Shown here in pieces: positions 48,399 to 57,487 of a stretch of DNA of 64,000 nucleotides. Position 1 is the first letter of the stretch, and each line of letters starts with the position of its first letter. This stretch comes from an uncultured Gammaproteobacteria bacterium (GTDB lineage: Bacteria; Patescibacteriota; Microgenomatia; UBA8517), in the NCBI GenBank assembly GCA_964583685.1, contig CAZOVJ010000001.1, positions 393,152 to 457,151 of the forward strand, given 5' to 3'. The translations under genes and the position numbers were made by a program. The notes under the pieces are model-generated. The model was not told where the DNA came from. It did no database searches and worked only from the letters and a program-made list of their open reading frames with translations.

Positions 48399-49108
48399 TA
48401 CAATTTTCTCCAAAGTCGAAAAAGATCCAGAAAACTCCTGACAATAACATTTAAACTAGCCCCGGTTGCTCTTCCGGCCAGTCGAGGATAATGGTTAACT
48501 CCAACTTCAACAATTTTAAACCCTTTCTTTTTTGCCTTGATTAAAAGCTCACTGCTGATGAAGGCGCCCCTTTCACTCTCCAGTCTAGAAATCTGATTAA
48601 TAACCTTTTTGGAAGCCAGTTTAAATCCACAGTCAATGTCCCGGACCCTAAGACCAAAGAGAAGAAAAACCAACCATTGCCAGAAAAAACTATTTAGCTT
48701 GCGAATAAAGGGAACTTGACGCTTTAAATAATATCCTATAACAATATCGGCACTTGTCCGCTTTTGAGTTTGGATAAATTTGCTAATCTCTAAAAAATCA
48801 AACTGACCATCAGCATCAATAAAGGCAATCCAGAAATACTTTGAATTATAAAATCCACTTTTGAGAGCTGCTCCGTAACCACGATTCACTTGATGACTAA
48901 TTATCCGTATCCTTTTGTCTTCTTTACTTAATTTCCGGGCAATTTCAGCCGTTTTGTCCTCAGAACCATCATCGATTATCAGTATTTCCCATTTATTCGC
49001 TATTTTCAGAAGAACTTCTTTGGCCTTTATAACGGTTTCCTCCAAATGTGTTTCTTCATTGTAAGCAGGAAAAAAGACCGATAACTCGCCAATCAGTTTT
49101 CCTTTCAT
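48398..49108 (-). CDS. Polyprenol-phosphate sugar synthase-like GT2
   Basis: FFPAYNEE, IDDGSED, NRGYGAA, FIDADGQF, DIDCGFK. Confidence 0.85.
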   Translation of the reverse strand: MKGKLIGELSVFFPAYNEETHLEETVIKAKEVLLKIANKWEILIIDDGSEDKTAEIARKLSKEDKRIRIISHQVNRGYGAALKSGFYNSKYFWIAFIDADGQFDFLEISKFIQTQKRTSADIVIGYYLKRQVPFIRKLNSFFWQWLVFLLFGLRVRDIDCGFKLASKKVINQISRLESERGAFISSELLIKAKKKGFKIVEVGVNHYPRLAGRATGASLNVIVRSFLDLFRLWRKL

Positions 49109-49154
49109 ACCTGAAGTCTAGCATAAACTATTTAGGCTGTGCTAACATTTAAAC
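49109..49154. promoter_or_regulatory. Divergent leaderless-type extended -10 promoters
   Basis: TGCTAGACT (- strand) 6 nt before ATG 49108; TGCTAACAT (+ strand) 6 nt before ATG 49155. Confidence 0.6.
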
Positions 49155-50312
49155 ATGCTAAAAAGGGGCAAGGAGTTCATCCTAATTATACTTTCCTCTT
49201 TGATTCCAACCTTGCTTATCTGGCTACCTTTTTTCTTGAGATTCAAAAGTTTCTGGACAATTCCCTTGCCCAGTGATGGCATGGCCACTATTGTTGCCAA
49301 TTATGATGGTCCTCTTTATCTCGTCCTTGCCAAAACCCTTTATAATACTCAGCAGATTGGGGAAAGTTTCTCCTTCCCTCTGCCGCTGGAATATTATGCC
49401 GCCCATTTTCCTTTATTTCCCGCTCTCATCAGACTTATTTCTTTGATTTTGGGTTACCCCTATGCCATGCTCTTGGTAACGGTTCTTTCTTCAATACTTG
49501 CCCTCTATTTCTTTAACAAACTGGGGCAGGAATACACTGATAAACAAAGCGCTCTCTGGCTAACACTGGTTTTCTCAATTTTCCCGGCAAGATGGCTTAT
49601 TGTTCGTTCCATCGGCTCGCCAGAGCCTCTCTTCATAGCCAGTATCCTCGCCTCCATCTATTTCTTTAAGAAGAAAAAATATTGGCCAGCCGGCATCTGG
49701 GGGGTAATCGCTCAACTAACCAAATCAGCTGGAATACTTCTTTTTATTGCCTATCTGGCCATCATTCTCTTTCCAAAATTAAAGACCTTCGCAACAAAAC
49801 GATTTAAAACATGGCTAAAATCTCTAGATTGGCAAGCTACTCCAGTTCTTCTCATACCATTGGCCCTACTTGCAGTTTTCTTTTTATACAAACACACCTT
49901 TAATGATTTTCTGGCTTATTTCCATTCTGGAAACAACATCCATTTACTTTTCCCTCCCTTTCAAATTTTCAACTATAGCCAGCCTTGGGTGGGAACTTTC
50001 TGGTTGGAGGAAATAATCTTTATCTACTTATTCGGCTTGCTTGGCTTGCTTAGCCTTATTAAACAAAAGAGAATCATACTGGCCTGGTTTGTGGGAATTT
50101 TCTTTGCTACCACCATTTTCATTTCCCACCGGGACCTTCTTCGTTACAGCCTGCCGATTGTTCCCTTTATTCTTATCGCTTTTTCCGACTTCTTAAACCG
50201 CAAAGAGTTTAAAATCGCCCTTGCTTTTTTAATAATCCCTATTTATCTCTTTGCTCTCAGTTATATCGCCCAGAACATTATGCCTATCTCCGACTGGGCC
50301 CCACTACTTTAA
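49155..50312 (+). CDS. GT-C membrane protein (PIG-V/mannosyltransferase-like)
   Basis: ANYDGPLY, AHFPLFP, SPEPLF, LTKSAG, LLRY. Confidence 0.7.
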   Translation: MLKRGKEFILIILSSLIPTLLIWLPFFLRFKSFWTIPLPSDGMATIVANYDGPLYLVLAKTLYNTQQIGESFSFPLPLEYYAAHFPLFPALIRLISLILGYPYAMLLVTVLSSILALYFFNKLGQEYTDKQSALWLTLVFSIFPARWLIVRSIGSPEPLFIASILASIYFFKKKKYWPAGIWGVIAQLTKSAGILLFIAYLAIILFPKLKTFATKRFKTWLKSLDWQATPVLLIPLALLAVFFLYKHTFNDFLAYFHSGNNIHLLFPPFQIFNYSQPWVGTFWLEEIIFIYLFGLLGLLSLIKQKRIILAWFVGIFFATTIFISHRDLLRYSLPIVPFILIAFSDFLNRKEFKIALAFLIIPIYLFALSYIAQNIMPISDWAPLL

Positions 50313-50360
50313 ACAAAGTTGAGAGTGTTTGGAAGAAAAACTCTGCTATTCTTCAAAAAT

Positions 50361-50696
50361 ATGACCGTTGAGCAGTTTAGTGGAGCCCAGTGGGTTAGAC
50401 TAAAAGGGCCCCTTTTGAGACTTGAAGGCAGTATTTGCCCAAAATGCAGGAAAATACACTTCCCTCCCCGTCCATACTGCTATAGTTGCAACGGTAAAGA
50501 CGGCCATCGGCCTGAAGAAGATATTGATGAAACTGTGACTGTTTATCAAGCGCCACAAACTGATAGAAACCACAGATGGACAGTTGGAATCCCACTAGTT
50601 GGAAAACAATTAGAAAGAGGGCGGGTTGATTCCTGGAAAAGGCCTGTTGAAGTTACTGGAATCAGACCTAGGGCTCGACAAGTGTCCAAAAAATAG
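50361..50696 (+). CDS. Small protein with a DUF35 N-terminal-type zinc ribbon
   Basis: LEGSICPKCRKIHFPPRPYCYSC; TGCTATTCT lies 8 nt before ATG 50361. Confidence 0.6.
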   Translation: MTVEQFSGAQWVRLKGPLLRLEGSICPKCRKIHFPPRPYCYSCNGKDGHRPEEDIDETVTVYQAPQTDRNHRWTVGIPLVGKQLERGRVDSWKRPVEVTGIRPRARQVSKK

Positions 50697-50702
50697 ATTT
50701 CC

Positions 50703-51557
50703 CTACAGATACCGAGCCTCCATATCCACAAGCTGTTGATTCAGGAGAGACTGAGAATAGATCGGATTAAAAACTAAGTTTTTCTTCATATAATCATTAA
50801 ATCTTTTATACCCTAAAATAATTTCAGTAACACCTGTACGATAATTATTATTTTTGGAATTTATTATTTGATCTACAGATACAAAGCGAAAATCTTCTAA
50901 TTTATAACTTGAGAACGCTTTCTTAGAAGAAAACTTTTTAGGCAAGTGTAACTGAAATACTGACACCCTTATATCTAAAACATCTAAATACATATAGGGA
51001 TTTATTTTTTCAGCAATTACATTTGGAATTTTTCCCATAACAGCAAAATCAGTAAAAACCTCTTGTTGCAAAACCCGTAAAATACTTTCTTTGTTAGAAT
51101 CGATTTTAGAAGAAAAACCCATTGGCAAAGATAGTGAACCAAAGGGTTTTCCAAGCTCAAGTCTGGGAGTTGAAATATCTTTTGCAATAAGCACTTTGTT
51201 TTGATTGCCATAAGAAGTTAAAACCAAAGCGGTTGCCACTCTTCTAGTAATTCCCTCTTTGACATAAGAAGCTATACGATACAAGGTCGAAATAGAAGTC
51301 TGAAAACTTGAGGGTATCTTTTTATAAAGAGACTCAATGGTTGTACTTTGCTCAACCAGCTGGAATATAAATGATATTGCTTCGGTAATCTTGCTGTTTG
51401 GACCAGCTACCTTGATAATTCCCCATTTATCCAAAACCCTTTGATAACCCGCATAAGATACTGGTATATCGTGATTATGTTTTTCTAAAACTGCATCAAC
51501 TGAGCCATGCTTTAAATATTCTCTAACTAAAAATTCATTAAACTCTTTTTCCGTCAT
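50703..51557 (-). CDS. Hypothetical protein with a degenerate Nudix-like domain
   Basis: SLPMGFSSKIDSNKESILRVLQQEV fits Gx5Ex7REUxEE spacing with substitutions; ATG 51557 overlaps the upstream TGA. Confidence 0.55.
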   Translation of the reverse strand: MTEKEFNEFLVREYLKHGSVDAVLEKHNHDIPVSYAGYQRVLDKWGIIKVAGPNSKITEAISFIFQLVEQSTTIESLYKKIPSSFQTSISTLYRIASYVKEGITRRVATALVLTSYGNQNKVLIAKDISTPRLELGKPFGSLSLPMGFSSKIDSNKESILRVLQQEVFTDFAVMGKIPNVIAEKINPYMYLDVLDIRVSVFQLHLPKKFSSKKAFSSYKLEDFRFVSVDQIINSKNNNYRTGVTEIILGYKRFNDYMKKNLVFNPIYSQSLLNQQLVDMEARYL

Positions 51558-52711
51558 CCGACTAGTCTTTGAAGCCAGCCAAGTCCGGGAATTTTCCAGG
51601 TTTTCCAAATAAGAATATTGTAGGCCGCGTAATTATAGGGAATGACAAAAAATCCTATGGCAATAATAAGCATAATTTGACGGACTCCTTCCCCAAAGAA
51701 CCGGGTCCCAATACCGACCACCACTGCCTGGATAATGATTGCCCCAATTGAAGTAAAATTGAATTGTAAAAACTTTGATATTAACTTGCCTAGTTTTGTA
51801 ATCTTCTTTTCTTTAAACGTCCAAAGGTTATTGAGAGTAAAATTGGAAATTATGGCCAGTTCCGCCCCTCCAGCCGCGGCCAAGGCTGGGGTAGCACCAA
51901 GTCGATAAAAAACTTCCAAGCCGACTGCATTGATGATATAGCCAATAAAACCAACTGTCCCGAATTTTATAAATCTCTGCTTATCTTTTATTCCCAAAAT
52001 TATCGCGACTTTAAAAGTAGCAATCATTTCTTTTATGTCAAACTTTGATTGTTCTTCAGTTCGAGGAGCAAATTCAAGCGGAACTTCCACAACTTTTTTG
52101 GCATTTTTTACACTTTGATACAAAAGATCAACTTTATAGGCAAAACGGTGTAGTTCCATCAGATTATCAGGATCAATTTTGTCAAGAACTCCCTTAACTT
52201 TTGTAAGCCGAAAGCCAGTGGTTAAATCATGCAAAGATGGTTTCAAAAGCACAAGTCTAATAAATAGATTTCCAAAAAAACTAACCGCTTTCCGGCTAAA
52301 TGCCCACTCTGCTGGAACAGATCCTCCAGGGATATATCTAGAACCTATGGCATAATCGGCACCTTTTGCATACGCTTCAACCATTGGCTTGACAAACCTT
52401 GGCGGGTGTTGAAAATCAGCGTCCATTTCCATAACCGCATCTGCCTTAAGCTTATCCATTGCATATTTCATTCCCCTCACATATGCCTTGCCCAATCCAG
52501 CTTTTTTACCTTGAACTAAATGAAGTTCTTTGTGTTTTTTTTGGGCCTTTTTAACAATTTCACCAGTGCCATCTGGAGAATTATCATCAACTACAAGAAG
52601 ATGCATCTGGGTATTTTTAATTCTGGGAAACTCTTTTTCAAGAAGTTCAGGAATCATACGGCTAATATTTTTAGCCTCATTGTAGGTGGGAATTATAACA
52701 ACAATCTTCAT
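51554..52711 (-). CDS. Polyprenol-phosphate mannose synthase-like GT2 fused to a GtrA-like flippase domain
   Basis: IIPTYNE, VDDNSPDGT, GLGKAY, EMDADFQH, DLTTGFR; C-terminal KFGTVG..ISNFTLNNLWTF. Confidence 0.88.
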   Translation of the reverse strand: MKIVVIIPTYNEAKNISRMIPELLEKEFPRIKNTQMHLLVVDDNSPDGTGEIVKKAQKKHKELHLVQGKKAGLGKAYVRGMKYAMDKLKADAVMEMDADFQHPPRFVKPMVEAYAKGADYAIGSRYIPGGSVPAEWAFSRKAVSFFGNLFIRLVLLKPSLHDLTTGFRLTKVKGVLDKIDPDNLMELHRFAYKVDLLYQSVKNAKKVVEVPLEFAPRTEEQSKFDIKEMIATFKVAIILGIKDKQRFIKFGTVGFIGYIINAVGLEVFYRLGATPALAAAGGAELAIISNFTLNNLWTFKEKKITKLGKLISKFLQFNFTSIGAIIIQAVVVGIGTRFFGEGVRQIMLIIAIGFFVIPYNYAAYNILIWKTWKIPGLGWLQRLVG

Positions 52712-53475
52712 ATTTTTATCATACATTTTTCTGCTCTTATTTGAAATGCCAACTTAATATACTCTAATACATCTTTTATATAAATCTTAATATATTTTGG
52801 ATTAAAAGATACTTTAGATTCTCCCCTGGTTCGAAATTGATAAATAACAGGAAATTCATGAAACTTATCAGTTACTTGTGTTAGTTTAAAAAGGCTATAA
52901 AAGAAAAAGGCAAAACCTGTAACCTTCAGCTTTTGCCAATTAATCTTATCAAGCACGCCCTTTACTCTTATTGCCCTAAAGGCTCCATTTTTATCATAAA
53001 CTTGGTTTACACCCGCAACCCAAGTCGCAAAAAATGTATTGGCTAGCCAGTGATTAATTCTCCGGCTAATTGTCCAGCTCTTGGTTTTGCCAACTCCAAC
53101 GTGTCGCGACCCAACCAAAACATCAGAGCCACCCTCAATTTTCTCAAGCATATAACCCAAATGTTTAAAATCAAAAGCAAAATCCGCTTCATTGGAAATT
53201 AATACATCTGCTTTCAAATTCTTCATGGCATAAAGATAGCCCCTTATCATCGCTTTTCCCAACCCCCTTTTTCTCCCCGAGAGAAGTTCAATTTTCCTTG
53301 ATCGGCCCTTGAACCTTTTCACAATCTGACCAGTGTTATCAGGAGAGTTATCATCCACAATTAATATTTTGAAGGTGTATCTTTTTAATTTAGCTATTAA
53401 GGCCAAAAGCTCGTTAAGAAGTTTTGTTATATTCTCCTTTTCATTATAAGTTGGAATCAAAATCACAACCCGCAT
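52708..53475 (-). CDS. Polyprenol-phosphate sugar synthase (Ppm1/DPM1-like GT2)
   Basis: LIPTYNE, VDDNSPD, GLGKA, NEADF (EAD in place of DAD), RTRGESK. Confidence 0.8.
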   Translation of the reverse strand: MRVVILIPTYNEKENITKLLNELLALIAKLKRYTFKILIVDDNSPDNTGQIVKRFKGRSRKIELLSGRKRGLGKAMIRGYLYAMKNLKADVLISNEADFAFDFKHLGYMLEKIEGGSDVLVGSRHVGVGKTKSWTISRRINHWLANTFFATWVAGVNQVYDKNGAFRAIRVKGVLDKINWQKLKVTGFAFFFYSLFKLTQVTDKFHEFPVIYQFRTRGESKVSFNPKYIKIYIKDVLEYIKLAFQIRAEKCMIKI

Positions 53476-53568
53476 GTTTTTGAATTTAACAGTTTCCAAC
53501 AATCAACACAAGCTGATAAACTTGATATACATATTGACAAAAGCTAAAATTGCTCTGTCTTGGAAAAT

Positions 53569-54594
53569 ATGCTGGAGAAAATTAAACAAATAATAACAAG
53601 AAGAAAAAAGCTGACTATTGGGCTGGTTTTAGTCATTGCCGTAGCTGGATTTATTATCTACAAACGCTTCTTTGCTTTTAAGGCTGGTTTAGACAAGACA
53701 ACTGTCAAGAGAGGGAGTGTTGCCGAAGAACTAATTTTGTCCGGTGAAATAAAGGCTGAAGAGCACGCTGTATTACGATTTGAAACCTCGGGTCAAATCA
53801 TTTGGGTGGGAGCAAAAGAGAGCAATATTGTTAAAAAAGGACAACTATTGGCCAAACTTGATACAACCAGCCTTAATGCTAGCTATCAAAGAGCTCTTTC
53901 TGATCTTCGTTCAGCCCAAGCAACGGTTGAGCGTGTCCACGACGATGTTAAAGACCATGCCTCAGATGAAACTTACACTCAAAAAGAAACTAGAACAACT
54001 GCCGAGGTAGCAAAAGACAAAGCCTATGAGGCAGTCTTAATTGCTGAAAGAAATCTAAAGGGGGCATCACTCCATGCGCCGTTTAAAGGAACAGTAACCT
54101 CTGTAGCCAATCCCTTTCCTGGAGCATTTGTTCTCTATTCTCAAAACCAATTCGAAATAGTTAACCCTAAGACCATTTATTTTAATGTTTCTGCTGACCA
54201 AACCGAGATAACACTCATGAAAGAAGGCCAGGAAGTGGCAATAACCTTGGATTCTTTTCCGGAAAAAGAAATAAAGGGAACTATTGAGAATATTTCCTTT
54301 AGCCCAGACCTTGAAGAAGTGGGGGTCGTTTATAAGATAAAGGTTTCTTTTGAAGAGCTCGAAACTGAGGACCTTAAATACAGACTGGGAATGACCGGCG
54401 ATGCGACCTTTGTTATGGATGAAGTAAAAGATGTTTTGTATGTTCCTGTTCAATTTCTTAAAACAGATAAGGAAGACCATTATCTGCTGATAAACGGCGG
54501 CAAGAAAAAAGTTTACGTTGAAATAGGGGTCGAAGGCGAAGACAAAGTAGAAATAAAGGGAGACATCAAAGAGGACGATATCGTCTATGATTAG
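53569..54594 (+). CDS. MacA/HlyD-like membrane-fusion (adaptor) protein
   Basis: N-terminal TM, VKKGQLLAKLD, helical hairpin, LHAPFKGTV, GMTGDA. Confidence 0.85.
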   Translation: MLEKIKQIITRRKKLTIGLVLVIAVAGFIIYKRFFAFKAGLDKTTVKRGSVAEELILSGEIKAEEHAVLRFETSGQIIWVGAKESNIVKKGQLLAKLDTTSLNASYQRALSDLRSAQATVERVHDDVKDHASDETYTQKETRTTAEVAKDKAYEAVLIAERNLKGASLHAPFKGTVTSVANPFPGAFVLYSQNQFEIVNPKTIYFNVSADQTEITLMKEGQEVAITLDSFPEKEIKGTIENISFSPDLEEVGVVYKIKVSFEELETEDLKYRLGMTGDATFVMDEVKDVLYVPVQFLKTDKEDHYLLINGGKKKVYVEIGVEGEDKVEIKGDIKEDDIVYD

Positions 54595-55264
54595 TTTAAG
54601 TAATGTTTATAAAACCTACTTCCTTGGAGATGAAAAAGTTGAAGCCCTCAAGAAGATAAATCTGGATATCAAAGAAGGCGAATATCTTGGAATCTTAGGC
54701 CATTCAGGCAGCGGCAAATCTACACTGATGCACATCATCGGCCTTCTTGACAGGCCGAGTAAGGGGAGGATAAAACTTTTTAATAAAAAGACTGAAAATC
54801 TCTCAGATGATGAAATCTCCCGTCTAAGGAACGAGTATATCGGATTTGTCTTTCAGCAGTTTAACCTGATTGAAAAATTTACTATTCTTGAAAACGTTCT
54901 CTTGCCGACCCTCTACGCTAAAAACAAATTAAAATTTGATCCCCAAAAACGAGCTCTTGAGCTTCTTAAAAGTTGTGGAATTCATGAGAGGGCTGACTTC
55001 TATCCTAATAAAATCTCAGGCGGCGAGCAACAAAGAACAGCCATTGTCAGAGCCCTGATGATGAACCCTAAAATTCTTTTGGCGGACGAGCCAACAGGAA
55101 ATATTGACACTAAAACAGGAGATGAGATCATGGACCTGATTGATAAATTAAATAAAGAGATGGGCGTGACCATTGTCGTGGTTACCCATGAAAAGCATAT
55201 CGTGGAGAGGACAAAACGACAAATATTTATTCGTGACGGCGAAATAGTTTCAAAATATCTTTAA
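54587..55264 (+). CDS. ABC transporter ATP-binding protein (MacB/LolD-like)
   Basis: GHSGSGKST, GFVFQQFNL, ISGGEQQR, LADEPTGN, VTHE. Confidence 0.95.
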   Translation: MISLSNVYKTYFLGDEKVEALKKINLDIKEGEYLGILGHSGSGKSTLMHIIGLLDRPSKGRIKLFNKKTENLSDDEISRLRNEYIGFVFQQFNLIEKFTILENVLLPTLYAKNKLKFDPQKRALELLKSCGIHERADFYPNKISGGEQQRTAIVRALMMNPKILLADEPTGNIDTKTGDEIMDLIDKLNKEMGVTIVVVTHEKHIVERTKRQIFIRDGEIVSKYL

Positions 55265-56466
55265 TGAAAAATCTTTTATTTCAAATAAAAACAGCCTCCG
55301 AGGATTTTAGAAGAAATAAAGTTCGAACATTTTTGGCCTCTCTTGGAATAATGATTGGTGTTTTATCTGTTGTCATGCTCATCGCCCTGGGGCTGGGTTT
55401 AAAAAATTATATCAAACAGCAATTTGAAAGTATGGGTTCAAACCTAATTTTTATCATGCCAGGGAGCTTTCTTTCAGGAGAAGGCGGGCTTAGATCCATG
55501 GGACCAGGCCTTATGGGAGGAGCCAAATTTGATGAGAGAGATCTAACAAGCTTGCAAAGAATCCCAGAACTTGATTATGTAATCCCCATGTACACAAAAG
55601 CTACTCTAGTTGAGGCAAAAGGAGAAGAAGAGTATGGTAATATCCTAGGCACGAATGAAGAGGCGTTTAAAGCACTTAACTTAGAGCCAAAAAAAGGCAT
55701 TGTCTTTACGAAGAGTGATGTGCAAAGAAAGGCAAAAAAGGTAGTCCTTGGCTATAATCTGGCCAAAGATCTTTTTGGAGAACCCGAAGACGCTATTGAC
55801 AAAAAGATTCGCTTTGACAATCAACGTTTTAAGGTTATAGGCATTTTGGAAAAAAAGGGTGACCAGGAAATGGATGCGGGAATTTTTATGCCCTATAAAA
55901 CTACCTTTGGAAGCATCAACCCTGACAAAACATTTTTCGCAATCTACCTGGGAGTTCACTCCGATGAAGATGTAGATAGAGTTAAAAATAAAGCAGAGGA
56001 AATTCTTCTAAAAAGGCATGAAGAAGAAGATTTTTCAGTTACAGAACAGACTGAAATGTTAAATATTGTCAATCAAATATTTGGGGTAATCAACGGTGTC
56101 CTAATTGCCATTGGTTCAATTTCTCTGGTTGTGGGTGGGATTGGAATCATGAATATTATGTATGCCAATGTTAGTGAGCGGACAAGGGAGGTGGGCATCA
56201 GGCGGGCAATCGGTGCAACCAAAAAAGACATCCTCTTTCAATTCCTGTTCGAATCAATAATGTTATCCCTGTTTGGCGGAATTATGGGTTTGGTTATAGC
56301 GATTATTTTGGTCATTATAATAAGAAACTTTTTCCCAGTGGCGATTAATCTGGTAGCAGGAATTGTAGCCTTTGGTGTAAGCACTTTTATCGGTGTTTTC
56401 TTTGGGGTTTTCCCTGCCCGCCGGGCCGCCAACCTTGAACCAATTGAAGCCATAAGATACGAATAA
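55264..56466 (+). CDS. MacB/FtsX-family ABC permease
   Basis: RTFLASLGIMIG, VGGIGIMNIM..VSERTREVGIRRAIGA, PARRAA.LEPIEAIRYE. Confidence 0.93.
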   Translation: MKNLLFQIKTASEDFRRNKVRTFLASLGIMIGVLSVVMLIALGLGLKNYIKQQFESMGSNLIFIMPGSFLSGEGGLRSMGPGLMGGAKFDERDLTSLQRIPELDYVIPMYTKATLVEAKGEEEYGNILGTNEEAFKALNLEPKKGIVFTKSDVQRKAKKVVLGYNLAKDLFGEPEDAIDKKIRFDNQRFKVIGILEKKGDQEMDAGIFMPYKTTFGSINPDKTFFAIYLGVHSDEDVDRVKNKAEEILLKRHEEEDFSVTEQTEMLNIVNQIFGVINGVLIAIGSISLVVGGIGIMNIMYANVSERTREVGIRRAIGATKKDILFQFLFESIMLSLFGGIMGLVIAIILVIIIRNFFPVAINLVAGIVAFGVSTFIGVFFGVFPARRAANLEPIEAIRYE

Positions 56467-56485
56467 ATCTTTTCACTTCACACCT

Positions 56486-57484
56486 CTAAGGTGTACAAAT
56501 TAGGGTGAGAAGGCGAGCAAAGAGCCAGCCAAGAACAATTGTTATTGGTAAAGTTAAAACCCAAGAAAGAATAATATCAAGAACAATCCCCCAGCGCACA
56601 CTTGAAAATCGCCGTGCTGCACCGGAGCCGACAATAGAAGAGGTAATAGTATGGGTTGTGGACACAGGAATACCAAAAACAGAAGCCAACTGCAATACAC
56701 TGGCAGCAGAAATTTCCGCAGTAAAACCCTGCTCAGGAACTAAAGGAGCAATTTTCATACCCAGAGTTTTAATAATTCTCCACCCTCCGTAAGCAACACC
56801 TAAACCAGCCGCTAAACCAACGGTTAAAATAACCCACAAGGGTACTGTTATTTCCTCCCAACCAAAATAAAGGGCTAAAATCATTACTAAAATGCCCATT
56901 GGTTTTTGGGCATCGTTACGACCGTGGCTAAATGCCATAAAAGCAGACGATGCTATTTGTAAGTTCTTAAATAACAAAGCCGCCTTGCGGGCAGGAGCAG
57001 AGTGGAATAAATAATAAATAATTTTCATCAACAAAGCTCCAGCCAAAAATCCTAATAATGGTGAAAGAATAATGGCAATTAAAACTTTTGTTAAACCTGA
57101 CCAAAGAATTACTTTTACACCGACTGTGGCTGTCGCTGCGCCGACAACTGCTCCAATCAAACCATGGGTTTCACTAACTGGTATACCAAAATAATAGGTA
57201 AATAAACTCCAAGTCATTGTTCCCAAGAGTGCGGCTAGAACAACAGGTAGGGAAATCAGGTCTAAAATTACAATCCCCTTGCCAATGGTCAAGGCGACAG
57301 CCGTGCCAGTTAGGGCGCCAACTATCTCTAAAATCCCGGCCATTATAATGGCAAAAGTGGGCGAAAGTGCTCGTGAACCAATTGAAGTAGCAATAGCATT
57401 GGCCGCGTCAGTAAAACCACTAACAAAAGCATAAATATAGGAAAAGGAAATAACCAATAATAGCAAAACTATGGAGTGCTCCAT
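56486..57484 (-). CDS. pit: PiT-family inorganic phosphate transporter
   Basis: GFTDAANAIAT, GIPVSETH, HGRNDAQK, GIPVSTTH. Confidence 0.92.
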   Translation of the reverse strand: MEHSIVLLLLVISFSYIYAFVSGFTDAANAIATSIGSRALSPTFAIIMAGILEIVGALTGTAVALTIGKGIVILDLISLPVVLAALLGTMTWSLFTYYFGIPVSETHGLIGAVVGAATATVGVKVILWSGLTKVLIAIILSPLLGFLAGALLMKIIYYLFHSAPARKAALLFKNLQIASSAFMAFSHGRNDAQKPMGILVMILALYFGWEEITVPLWVILTVGLAAGLGVAYGGWRIIKTLGMKIAPLVPEQGFTAEISAASVLQLASVFGIPVSTTHTITSSIVGSGAARRFSSVRWGIVLDIILSWVLTLPITIVLGWLFARLLTLICTP

Positions 57485-57487
57485 GAA

